From Candidatus Hydrogenedentota bacterium (GTDB lineage Bacteria > Hydrogenedentota > Hydrogenedentia > Hydrogenedentales > GCA-2746185): 11,383 nucleotides of DNA. Below the pieces are notes generated by a model. The model worked only from the letters and a program-made list of their open reading frames with translations, did not search any database and was not told the DNA's origin. The stretch is taken from the NCBI GenBank assembly GCA_046583315.1, contig JAYGCN010000336.1, forward strand, positions 1 to 11,383. The letters are read 5' to 3'. Position numbers and translations under genes: made by a program. Within the stretch, counting starts at the first letter, position 1. Each line of letters begins with the position of its first letter. This document shows positions 1-6,837 of this stretch, piece by piece.

Positions 1-1
1 T

Positions 2-910
2 CAGGACCTGATGCAGTTCACGGCCGAAGACGACGAGGAACTGCCCGACGGTCTCAATGCAAAAGTCGCGATTGAAAAACTGCGTGAACTCAAGGATCGC
101 GATGAACCCTTTTTCATGGGACTCGGCTTCTACAAACCCCACCTGCCTTTCGTCGCGCCGAAACAGGACTGGGATGCCGTAAAAGATATCCCCGCACCCG
201 ACGCGCCACATCCCGACAAACCCGACTCCAATTACGGTAGCACGAGCGGGGAGTTTTTCCGCTACAACATGCCCTTCGAGAAAACACGTCCCCTAAACTC
301 CGAATCCCGCATGCAAGCCCGCCGCGCGTATTGGGCCTGCGTACGTTACGTGGACCGCCAGGTGGGCCGGGTATTGACCGCACTGAACGAATTGGGCCTG
401 CGCGACAATACCATCGTCGTCGTGTGGGGAGACCACGGCTGGCACCTCGGCGACGGCGAAATGTGGGCCAAACACGTCGCCCACGAACGCGCCCTCAAAA
501 GCACTCTGATCGTTCACGTCCCGGGTTTGCATCAATCCGGCTCAATAAGCAACGCCATCGTACAAACCACCGATCTCTATCCCACGCTCGTGGACCTCTG
601 CAACCTCAAGGACACAAAAACAGAATTCCCGCTCGACGGGCGCTCACTACGCAGCGTGCTCGATGGATCGCGCTCGAAACTCCACGACAGCGTCGTCGGC
701 TACTGGCGCAATTCCGAATCGATTCGCAACGAACACTACCGCCTCATCGCCAGCCGTACCCGAAACGGATTCGAAAACATCGAACTCTACGACCTCCGCA
801 CTACCCGTGATCCCCTCAATAATATCGCCGACAAACATCCCCAAGTCGTCAAACAACTCCTAAGTGAGTTCCCGGAAACATCCATTCACGGAAGAAGTGC
901 AACGAGGTAA
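2..910 (+). CDS. Sulfatase (iduronate-2-sulfatase/choline-sulfatase-like), 5'-truncated by the window edge
   Basis: The frame is open from position 2, so the ATG at 11 is probably internal. Sulfatase motifs: PFFMGLGFYKPHLPF, AYWACVRYVDRQVGRVL, NTIVVVWGDHGWHLG, DLYPTL, LDGRSL, ELYDL..DP..N. The catalytic CxPxR motif would lie upstream of the window. Confidence 0.93.
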   Translation, partial: QDLMQFTAEDDEELPDGLNAKVAIEKLRELKDRDEPFFMGLGFYKPHLPFVAPKQDWDAVKDIPAPDAPHPDKPDSNYGSTSGEFFRYNMPFEKTRPLNSESRMQARRAYWACVRYVDRQVGRVLTALNELGLRDNTIVVVWGDHGWHLGDGEMWAKHVAHERALKSTLIVHVPGLHQSGSISNAIVQTTDLYPTLVDLCNLKDTKTEFPLDGRSLRSVLDGSRSKLHDSVVGYWRNSESIRNEHYRLIASRTRNGFENIELYDLRTTRDPLNNIADKHPQVVKQLLSEFPETSIHGRSATR

Positions 911-918
911 TTGAACCC

Positions 919-953
919 CTCTGTGCCTTCGTTTCTCCGCGCCTCTGTGTTAA
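919..953 (+). repeat. Octamer-periodic intergenic repeat (CTYYGYGY units ending in TAA)
   Basis: CTCTGTGC|CTTCGTTT|CTCCGCGC|CTCTGTGT|TAA lies between two convergent stop codons. The same motif family occurs three times at 9919-10023. Confidence 0.65.
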
Positions 954-957
954 GGCA

Positions 958-1308
958 TTACCGCCGCTCCGCCTTGGTCGCGCAAGCTTGGCAAAAAAAT
1001 ACCGTCGGGTCAAACTCCATACGCTCCGTGCTAATCGGCTCCTTACACGTCACGCAATTCCCATAGGTTCCCTTGTCCAGGCGCTGGAAGGCCCCCTCAA
1101 TTCGTTTCAGCTGAGTATCCCGACGTCGATCCTGTTCCTGCGCCATCGCTTGTTGTTGCATGCTGTCCATGCGCGAGAGTCGGCCCAATCGAGCCTGATC
1201 CAGTTCCACCGGTGCAATGCTTTCTGTTGCGGCGTCTTTTTCGGCCTGTACAGTGGCGCGTAGATCGGTTAAGGATTGGCGAATAGTGTCGGTAGTTTGG
1301 GAGTCCAT
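958..1308 (-). CDS. DksA/TraR family C4-type zinc-finger protein (116 aa)
   Basis: Predicted coiled coil followed by AFQRLDKGTYGNCVTCKEPISTERMEFDPTVFFCQAC (CxxC-x17-CxxC), typical of DksA/TraR. The coiled-coil tip reads VELDQARLGRLSRMDSMQQQ rather than DxxDxA. Confidence 0.92.
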   Translation of the reverse strand: MDSQTTDTIRQSLTDLRATVQAEKDAATESIAPVELDQARLGRLSRMDSMQQQAMAQEQDRRRDTQLKRIEGAFQRLDKGTYGNCVTCKEPISTERMEFDPTVFFCQACATKAERR

Positions 1309-1314
1309 GGGGGA

Positions 1315-1323
1315 ACTGTATCA
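1315..1323 (-). promoter_or_regulatory. Putative extended -10 promoter of the dksA/traR-like gene (leaderless)
   Basis: The minus strand reads TG-A-TACAGT-TCCCCC-ATG, i.e. TGnTAnnnT ending 6 nt before the start codon. No Shine-Dalgarno and no good -35. Confidence 0.55.
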
Positions 1324-1331
1324 AAATACAC
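1316..1331. promoter_or_regulatory. Putative LexA (SOS) box overlapping the dksA/traR-like -10
   Basis: CTGT-ATCAAAAT-ACAC has one mismatch to the CTGT-N8-ACAG consensus and an AT-rich spacer. It shares CTGTAT with the imuA box. Confidence 0.5.
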
Positions 1332-1400
1332 CAAGCACAACCGACCAATGTGCAGGGAATACCCTTGTTCGCAGGCAATATCGCTTGATCAATTTTATAC

Positions 1401-1429
1401 TTGACACTGTATAATTTACAGTGTATTAT
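1401..1429 (+). promoter_or_regulatory. Sigma70-type promoter of tetR with an overlapping palindromic operator
   Basis: TTGACA (1401-1406), 17-nt spacer, TATTAT (1424-1429), then ATG at 1436. A perfect 8-bp inverted repeat ACACTGTA-N5-TACAGTGT spans 1404-1424. Confidence 0.8.
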
Positions 1430-1435
1430 TTATTG

Positions 1436-2113
1436 ATGCCTAGGACACGACTGACAAAGGAACAGATCGCAGAGACCCGCAACGCCCTGTTGGACGTCGC
1501 GCAACGCTTATACGAGGCGAGCGGAATCGATGGGATGTCCTTTCGTCTGATCGCCGCTGAGTATCGCTGCAGTGCCACGATGCCGTACCTGTATTTCGAC
1601 TCGAAGGCGGACTTGGTAGACGGGTTGCGCATCCGGGCCTACGAGTGGTTGCAGGGCATACTCGTTGAAGCGGCCAGCAGTGCATCCGATCCTTTTGAAG
1701 CGTTGCGCAAGCTTGCCGTAGCCTACGTTCACGCTGGAGTGGGCCGCCCGAGAATGTATGAGCTCTTATTCTCCCAGGACGGAGCAATGGCGGAAACCGA
1801 GCCCAAACTGTTGGAAGCGAAGCTCGCAGCTATCGGAGTCTGTCAAGAGGTCATCAGCCAAGCAGCGACCTCTACCGGCGTCGAACTCATCGACGATCCA
1901 GAGACCGTGGCGCATCAGTTCTGGATAGCGGCGCACGGCCTCGTCTCACTCGAGCGCGGCGGCTTTCTCGTAGTAGGGCGGACCCTCGATCAGCTTCTTC
2001 CTACGCTTTTTGTATCAATGGTACGCGGCGTGACCGGAACAACTTCCACGAGGACCTTCGATGATCTCAAGGTCCCGCGCGAGATAACGAAACTGGAACC
2101 CAATAGCCCTTAA
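1436..2113 (+). CDS. TetR/AcrR family transcriptional regulator with WHG-type C-terminal domain (225 aa)
   Basis: N-terminal HTH (TRNALLDVAQRLYEASGIDGMSFRLIAAEYRCSATMPYLYFDSKADL), then AYVHAG..RPRMYELLF and FWIAAHGLVSL (W-x3-HG). Start moved from GTG 1421, which lies inside the promoter, to ATG 1436 (MPRTRL). Confidence 0.93.
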   Translation: MPRTRLTKEQIAETRNALLDVAQRLYEASGIDGMSFRLIAAEYRCSATMPYLYFDSKADLVDGLRIRAYEWLQGILVEAASSASDPFEALRKLAVAYVHAGVGRPRMYELLFSQDGAMAETEPKLLEAKLAAIGVCQEVISQAATSTGVELIDDPETVAHQFWIAAHGLVSLERGGFLVVGRTLDQLLPTLFVSMVRGVTGTTSTRTFDDLKVPREITKLEPNSP

Positions 2114-2119
2114 TCCACC

Positions 2120-2139
2120 AAGGAGAACGAAGGAGAACG
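2120..2139 (+). repeat. Exact 10-bp tandem duplication containing the ribosome-binding site of the ADH gene
   Basis: AAGGAGAACG occurs twice (2120-2129 and 2130-2139); ATG at 2142. Confidence 0.85.
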
Positions 2140-2141
2140 CC

Positions 2142-3155
2142 ATGAAAGCAATCAAACTTTCCCAACCCAAGGGAGAAGTCACCCTCGCCGAAGTCGAAAT
2201 CCCTACGCCAGGCCCCGGCGAGATTCTTGTAAAGGTCGAAGCGTCCGGATTGTGTTACACCGATGTCCACTTGTGCGACGGCGATTGGGAGATTGTAGAC
2301 CCACTCGTGAAGCGCGATCTCACCCTCGGTCATGAAGCGGTCGGAGTGGTTGAAGCGCTCGGCGATGGCGTCACAAACCGGGCAATCGGCGATCGAATCG
2401 CAGCTCCGTTTCTCCGTTCATCATGCGGTGAGTGCAAACAATGTCGCCGGGGAGAAGAGAATCACTGCCCGAATGTGACCGTGCTGGGCATGACACACGA
2501 CGGCTCTCATGCCGAATATGTGGTCGTTCTTGCCGACTTCGTTGTGCCCGTCCCCGACGGGGTCCGTCCAGAGCAGGCAGCTCCTCTGGCCTGCGCAGGC
2601 ATGAGTGTTCTCGGAGGACTTCGCAATGCCAAGGTCTCGGTTGGAACAGTGTTCGGGGTCGTGGGTGTCGGCGGCCAGGGTCATCTCGCCATCCAACTCG
2701 CCAAAATCATGGGCGCGACGGTTGTCGCCATGGATATCAATTCCGATAAACTCGAGCTCGCCCGACGCGTCGGTGCCGATCACACGGTGGACGTGACCCA
2801 ACCGGAAGCGATCGAAGAGCTCACGGCCATGGGCATGGATGTCATCATGGTCACAGCACCCTCCCATGACGCACACCGCCTCGCGTTGACCGTCGTTGCT
2901 CATGGCGGAACCATCTCTCTGTGCGCGGTACCGGGTGGAGAGACTCCAATCTCGATGACGATGTGCGCGTTCAAGGGGCTCAAGTTACTCACGCAGGCTG
3001 TCGCAACCCGGCGGGAATTGATCGACATCCTTGATCTCGCTGCTGCCGGGAAGATCGAGTGCGAGGTCGAAACACGGCCTCTCGAAGATGCACCGGAATC
3101 CATCAACCAACTCCGGGATGCCACTATTTCGGGGCGCATCGTTTTTGTACCGTGA
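2142..3155 (+). CDS. Zn-dependent medium-chain alcohol dehydrogenase (AdhP-like, probably NAD-dependent), 337 aa
   Basis: Catalytic Zn ligands in GLCYTD, LGHEAVG and LACAG. Structural Zn site CGECKQCRRGEENHC. Rossmann motif GVGGQG followed by an Asp in AMDINSDK. C-terminal GRIVF. Strong SD. Confidence 0.95.
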   Translation: MKAIKLSQPKGEVTLAEVEIPTPGPGEILVKVEASGLCYTDVHLCDGDWEIVDPLVKRDLTLGHEAVGVVEALGDGVTNRAIGDRIAAPFLRSSCGECKQCRRGEENHCPNVTVLGMTHDGSHAEYVVVLADFVVPVPDGVRPEQAAPLACAGMSVLGGLRNAKVSVGTVFGVVGVGGQGHLAIQLAKIMGATVVAMDINSDKLELARRVGADHTVDVTQPEAIEELTAMGMDVIMVTAPSHDAHRLALTVVAHGGTISLCAVPGGETPISMTMCAFKGLKLLTQAVATRRELIDILDLAAAGKIECEVETRPLEDAPESINQLRDATISGRIVFVP

Positions 3156-3230
3156 TCGCGAAGCGGGATCTAAATTACTAACAACCGTGTGCGACGACAC
3201 CGTGGCTCTATCACATCGGAGACGTAGGGA

Positions 3231-4586
3231 ATGCAAAACTTGGAAGCGGACTATCTGGTCATCGGGGCGGGTGCGATGGGCCTGGCCTTTATCGATGAAG
3301 TGGCGACGCGTGATCGCACGGCCACGTTTATTCTTGTCGATAAACGCTCCAATCCCGGCGGACACTGGAACGATGCCTACTCCTTTGTCACACTTCATCA
3401 GCCGGCCGCGTTCTACGGCGTCAACTCGATGGTCCTGGGCCGTGGCGGTGCTTCGCTGGCTTCGGGCGTGGAGGTACTGGCGTATTATGATCGGGTGATG
3501 ACCAAGCTTCTGGAAACCGGCCGTGTGCAGTATTTTCCAATGTGCGTCTACGAAGGCGACCGTAAATTTAGTTCGATGATTGATGCGGAATGCACCTATG
3601 AAGTAAAGGTGGGCCGACGGACGGTTGATGCGTCATACATGAACGTGCAAGTACCCGCTACGACGCCACCCAAGTATCAAGTTTCGTCCGGTGTAGAGCT
3701 GGTGCCACTGAATGATCTTGTGAAGATCCGGAAGCCGCACGATGGCTATGTCATTGTCGGTGCGGGAAAGACCGGAATCGATGCGGTGCTGTTTTTACTT
3801 GAGCAGAATGTCGACCCAAAGCGCATCACCTGGATTGTCAGTAACGATTCCTGGCTCCTGGACCGCGGTGGCCTTCGACCGGGCATCACGTTTCAATGGT
3901 TTCTCCAGCAAGTTCGAGCCATCACGGAGGCGGACAGCTTAAATGACGTCACGAGTTCATTGGAAGCCGAGAAGGTATTTTTTCGGATCGACCCGAGCAT
4001 CGAGCCGACAAAGTTCCGTTGCGCAACGGTCGACCGCGAAGAACTTGCTCAGTTGCGCCGGATTGAAAACGTCGTGCGAATGGGGCGTGTAGTACAAATC
4101 GATCCCGGGATGATTACACTTGAGCAGGGCACCTTCGCCACTCCCGAGGATGTGTTGCATGTCGACTGTACAGCGGATCCGCTAGCAAAGCGCCCGGTCG
4201 TTCCCGTTTTCGAGGGATCCACCATCACGCTGCAATCCCTGTCGATGTGCCAGCAGGTTTTCAGCGCATCGTTGATTGGTTATCTCGAATGCCGCTTCGA
4301 TGACGACGTCACGCGCAACGCACTCTCGCATCCCGTACCGCATCCCGAGTTCACGCGCGACTATATTCCTGCGGTGTGGCGCACGCTCGCGAATTTGGAT
4401 CTCTGGATGAGGAAACTCGGTCGCTGGATGCGCACGAGTCGCTTGGCCTACTCCGCGCACGACTCGATCTGGTCCACGTTGCGCTATGGCCTCGAAGCGC
4501 GGTATCTACAAGATCGCGCGTTTGAGAGCATGCGCAAACTGTATGGCCAGGAGTTCCCCGGCGAGACCTTTGAAGGGGACGTTTAG
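3231..4586 (+). CDS. Uncharacterised FAD/NAD(P)-binding oxidoreductase with two dinucleotide-binding motifs (451 aa)
   Basis: N-terminal DYLVIGAGAMG...VDK...PGGHWNDAYSFVTLHQP, second motif YVIVGAGKTGIDA, late HVDCTA. The layout resembles class B flavoprotein monooxygenases. SD GGAG at 3218-3221. Confidence 0.85.
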   Translation: MQNLEADYLVIGAGAMGLAFIDEVATRDRTATFILVDKRSNPGGHWNDAYSFVTLHQPAAFYGVNSMVLGRGGASLASGVEVLAYYDRVMTKLLETGRVQYFPMCVYEGDRKFSSMIDAECTYEVKVGRRTVDASYMNVQVPATTPPKYQVSSGVELVPLNDLVKIRKPHDGYVIVGAGKTGIDAVLFLLEQNVDPKRITWIVSNDSWLLDRGGLRPGITFQWFLQQVRAITEADSLNDVTSSLEAEKVFFRIDPSIEPTKFRCATVDREELAQLRRIENVVRMGRVVQIDPGMITLEQGTFATPEDVLHVDCTADPLAKRPVVPVFEGSTITLQSLSMCQQVFSASLIGYLECRFDDDVTRNALSHPVPHPEFTRDYIPAVWRTLANLDLWMRKLGRWMRTSRLAYSAHDSIWSTLRYGLEARYLQDRAFESMRKLYGQEFPGETFEGDV

Positions 4587-4707
4587 ACCAAAGGCTTTGT
4601 AGAATTCCTGATATCCCCGGTTCTTCGGCACTCCATTCACGTTTGCGCGGTCGCTTGTGGCCATTTTTGTTGAATTCGTTTGGTGTTTGTGCATAAAAAC
4701 CAGCACA

Positions 4708-4736
4708 TTGACAGCTGTATAAATATTCAGTATATT
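4708..4736 (+). promoter_or_regulatory. Sigma70-type promoter of imuA-imuB-dnaE2
   Basis: TTGACA (4708-4713), 17-nt spacer, TATATT (4731-4736), then ATG at 4743. Confidence 0.82.
4715..4730. promoter_or_regulatory. LexA (SOS) box in the -35/-10 spacer of the imuA promoter
   Basis: CTGTATAAATATTCAG = CTG-N10-CAG with an AT-rich core, placed as a classic repressor site upstream of a cassette that is generally LexA-regulated. Confidence 0.8.
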
Positions 4737-4742
4737 GATGGG

Positions 4743-5381
4743 ATGGCAACCAGCGCTGCACATATTTCCAATCGTATCGATCTCGCCGATCGGGTCACCC
4801 TCGCACGGGATCTCATCCCCAAAAATCCCACCTTCGAACGCTGGGGACTCGATGCACTCGCCGGGCGCCTCGTCGAATTAAACGGCGGCGCGGAAACCGC
4901 CACGCTCACCCTCGCAGCATCCCTCGTCGTCGCAACACAGCACCGCCGTGGACTCGTCGCATGGGTAACCATTCCCGGCTCCGAATTTTTCCCTCCCGAC
5001 TTCGCAGCCGCCGGGATCGATCTCAATGCCTTACCCATCGTGCGAGTGCCGAATGGTCGCGCCTCTGCCAAAGCCGCGGACATCTTGCTCCGGTCTCGTG
5101 CCTTCTCACTCATCGTACTCGACATCACCACCCTGCGCGATCTGCCCTTGTCGATCCAGACTCAACTCACCGGTCTCGCAAAATCCACCAACACCACCGT
5201 ACTCTGCATCACCCATCAATCCGAAACACCCGGATCCCTCGTCTCCTTTCGCGGACGCACCCGAAAGTCGCGCACCGGCCACGACTGTTTCACCTGCGAA
5301 ATCGAAACCCTCAAAGACAAACGCAACCCTCCCGGCGGGGTGCATCAGGAGTTATGCCATGGAGCGGATGGCTTGTGTTGA
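4743..5381 (+). CDS. imuA: ImuA-like RecA-fold mutasome accessory protein (212 aa)
   Basis: RecA-like GRLVELNGGAETATLTLA with a degenerate Walker A (no GKT); VAWV...FFPPDFAAAGIDLNAL; AADILLRSRAFSLIVLD (Walker B). Lies directly upstream of imuB-dnaE2. Start moved from 4680 to ATG 4743 because of the promoter position. Confidence 0.85.
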   Translation: MATSAAHISNRIDLADRVTLARDLIPKNPTFERWGLDALAGRLVELNGGAETATLTLAASLVVATQHRRGLVAWVTIPGSEFFPPDFAAAGIDLNALPIVRVPNGRASAKAADILLRSRAFSLIVLDITTLRDLPLSIQTQLTGLAKSTNTTVLCITHQSETPGSLVSFRGRTRKSRTGHDCFTCEIETLKDKRNPPGGVHQELCHGADGLC

Positions 5382-6837
5382 TATCCGCGTCCTGCCGCTA
5401 CAACTGCTGCTGCGCAATCATCCCGACTGGATCCGGCAGCCCGTTGTGGTGGTGGATCGCGATGCCCCGACCGGAAGGATTCTCTGGTCAAACCGGTTGG
5501 CCCTCGATCTGCGCGTGTTACCCGGCATGCGCTACGCCGCCGGACTCGCCATCACCGGAGCCCTACGCGGCGGAGTCGTCGACACCAATGAAATTCAAAC
5601 CAGTACCGATCAGATTCTCGATCAACTCTGGAATTTCAGCCCACGTGTAGAACCCTTCCCCCAGGAACCCGGTATTTTCTGGCTCGATGCCTCCGGCCTG
5701 CGCTATCTCTACCCCAGCCTGAGCGACTGGGCACAGGAAATACGTACCACCCTGCGCGAAGTCGGCTTTCAGGCCGTTGTTGCCGTCGGGTACTCTCGTT
5801 TCGGCAGTTACGCCGCTGCCAAATCCGCGAAAAAAAATCTCATCCTGCGCAGTCCCGCCCAGGAACGCGCCCATCTCAACAAGGTCCCCATCGAAAGCCT
5901 CGGCATCCACCCGACCCTGCGCGACACCCTCGCCAAACTCGGTATCGACACCCTCGGCCAATTCATGAAACTCCCCGTGTCCAGCATCCGCAAACGTTTC
6001 GGACCCGACGCGGAAGAATTACACATACTCGCTTGCGGTGCCTGGGAAACACTCAGTCCCCGCACCATCCACGAGCCCATCGAACACACCAGCGCCTTCG
6101 ACTGGCCCGAAACCAACGCCGAACGCATCTTCGCGCAGGTCGCCAGCATGATCCCGCAGATTCTCGCTCAACTCCACGACCGTTACGAGCTACTTGAGCA
6201 ACTCACGTTGACCCTGTCACTGGACGACGGCCCCGACGTCGAGGAGACCATCGCGCCCGCTGAACCGACTCGTGAGACCGTCATCATCACCTCACTCATC
6301 CGACTTCGACTCGATTCACTCACACTCAACTCCGGTGTGAACGAAGTGTTTCTGCGTGCGCAAGGCATTGATGCCGACTCGCACCAACTCGACCTCTTCG
6401 AGAGCAACATCCCAGATGCGGATCGCGCCGACCGTGCACTCGCAGCCTTACGCGCCGAATGGGGGAATCACGCCGTCGTCCATGCGACTCTCTCCGAAGG
6501 CCACCTGCCCGAAGCGCGTTACCACTGGCAACTCTTCAACCGTGTCCGCGAAGCCAAACCCCACGACACGCCTACACGTCCTGTCGTCCGTCGGCTTTTC
6601 ACGCCGCCCCTCGAATTGCCCGGCTGCGACCGTCGCGATCCCGATGGCTGGCTCATTGCCGGAGTCAGCGAAGGCCCGGTCGAGGAAATCATCGGACCCC
6701 AAGTCATCTCCGGCGGCTGGTGGGTCAAAGAAGTCACCCGCGCCTACTACTACGTCCGAACCCGAAGCGGTCGTTGGCTCTGGATTTATCACGACGATAA
6801 ACGCCGCCGCTGGTTTCTGCATGGGGAAGTCCAATGA
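5359..6837 (+). CDS. imuB: ImuB, catalytically inactive Y-family polymerase homologue (492 aa)
   Basis: Start MERMACVD at ATG 5359 with SD AGGAG at 5347-5351; overlaps the imuA end by 23 nt. Y-family elements A..LRVLPGM, FSPRVE...FWLDASG (the catalytic SIDE motif is replaced), LGIDTLGQF. Beta-clamp motif QLDLF at 6385-6399. ImuB-type C-terminus GP..ISGGWW...RAYY...GRWLWIY. Confidence 0.92.
   Translation: MERMACVDIRVLPLQLLLRNHPDWIRQPVVVVDRDAPTGRILWSNRLALDLRVLPGMRYAAGLAITGALRGGVVDTNEIQTSTDQILDQLWNFSPRVEPFPQEPGIFWLDASGLRYLYPSLSDWAQEIRTTLREVGFQAVVAVGYSRFGSYAAAKSAKKNLILRSPAQERAHLNKVPIESLGIHPTLRDTLAKLGIDTLGQFMKLPVSSIRKRFGPDAEELHILACGAWETLSPRTIHEPIEHTSAFDWPETNAERIFAQVASMIPQILAQLHDRYELLEQLTLTLSLDDGPDVEETIAPAEPTRETVIITSLIRLRLDSLTLNSGVNEVFLRAQGIDADSHQLDLFESNIPDADRADRALAALRAEWGNHAVVHATLSEGHLPEARYHWQLFNRVREAKPHDTPTRPVVRRLFTPPLELPGCDRRDPDGWLIAGVSEGPVEEIIGPQVISGGWWVKEVTRAYYYVRTRSGRWLWIYHDDKRRRWFLHGEVQ

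Noticed and set aside
3154..3204. Weak hairpins between adh and the oxidoreductase as a terminator or attenuator
   Set aside because: The stems are short or imperfect and there is no U tract.
3231..4586. Calling the flavoprotein a bona fide Baeyer-Villiger monooxygenase or FMO
   Set aside because: The fingerprint FxGxxxHxxxW/Y is absent, so only a general FAD/NAD(P) oxidoreductase call is supported.
4680..4742. Longer ImuA start at 4680 (and likewise the TetR start at 1421)
   Set aside because: These extensions run through the -35/-10 and operator sequences and have no SD.
5026..5358. 111-aa N-terminal extension of ImuB in the ORF track
   Set aside because: It is Pro/Ser-rich shadow translation overlapping imuA. 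The SD and the Y-family N-terminus point to ATG 5359.
4743..5381. Calling this gene recA or a recA pseudogene
   Set aside because: It is too short and lacks the GKT Walker A, but the frame is intact and its position upstream of imuB-dnaE2 fits ImuA.
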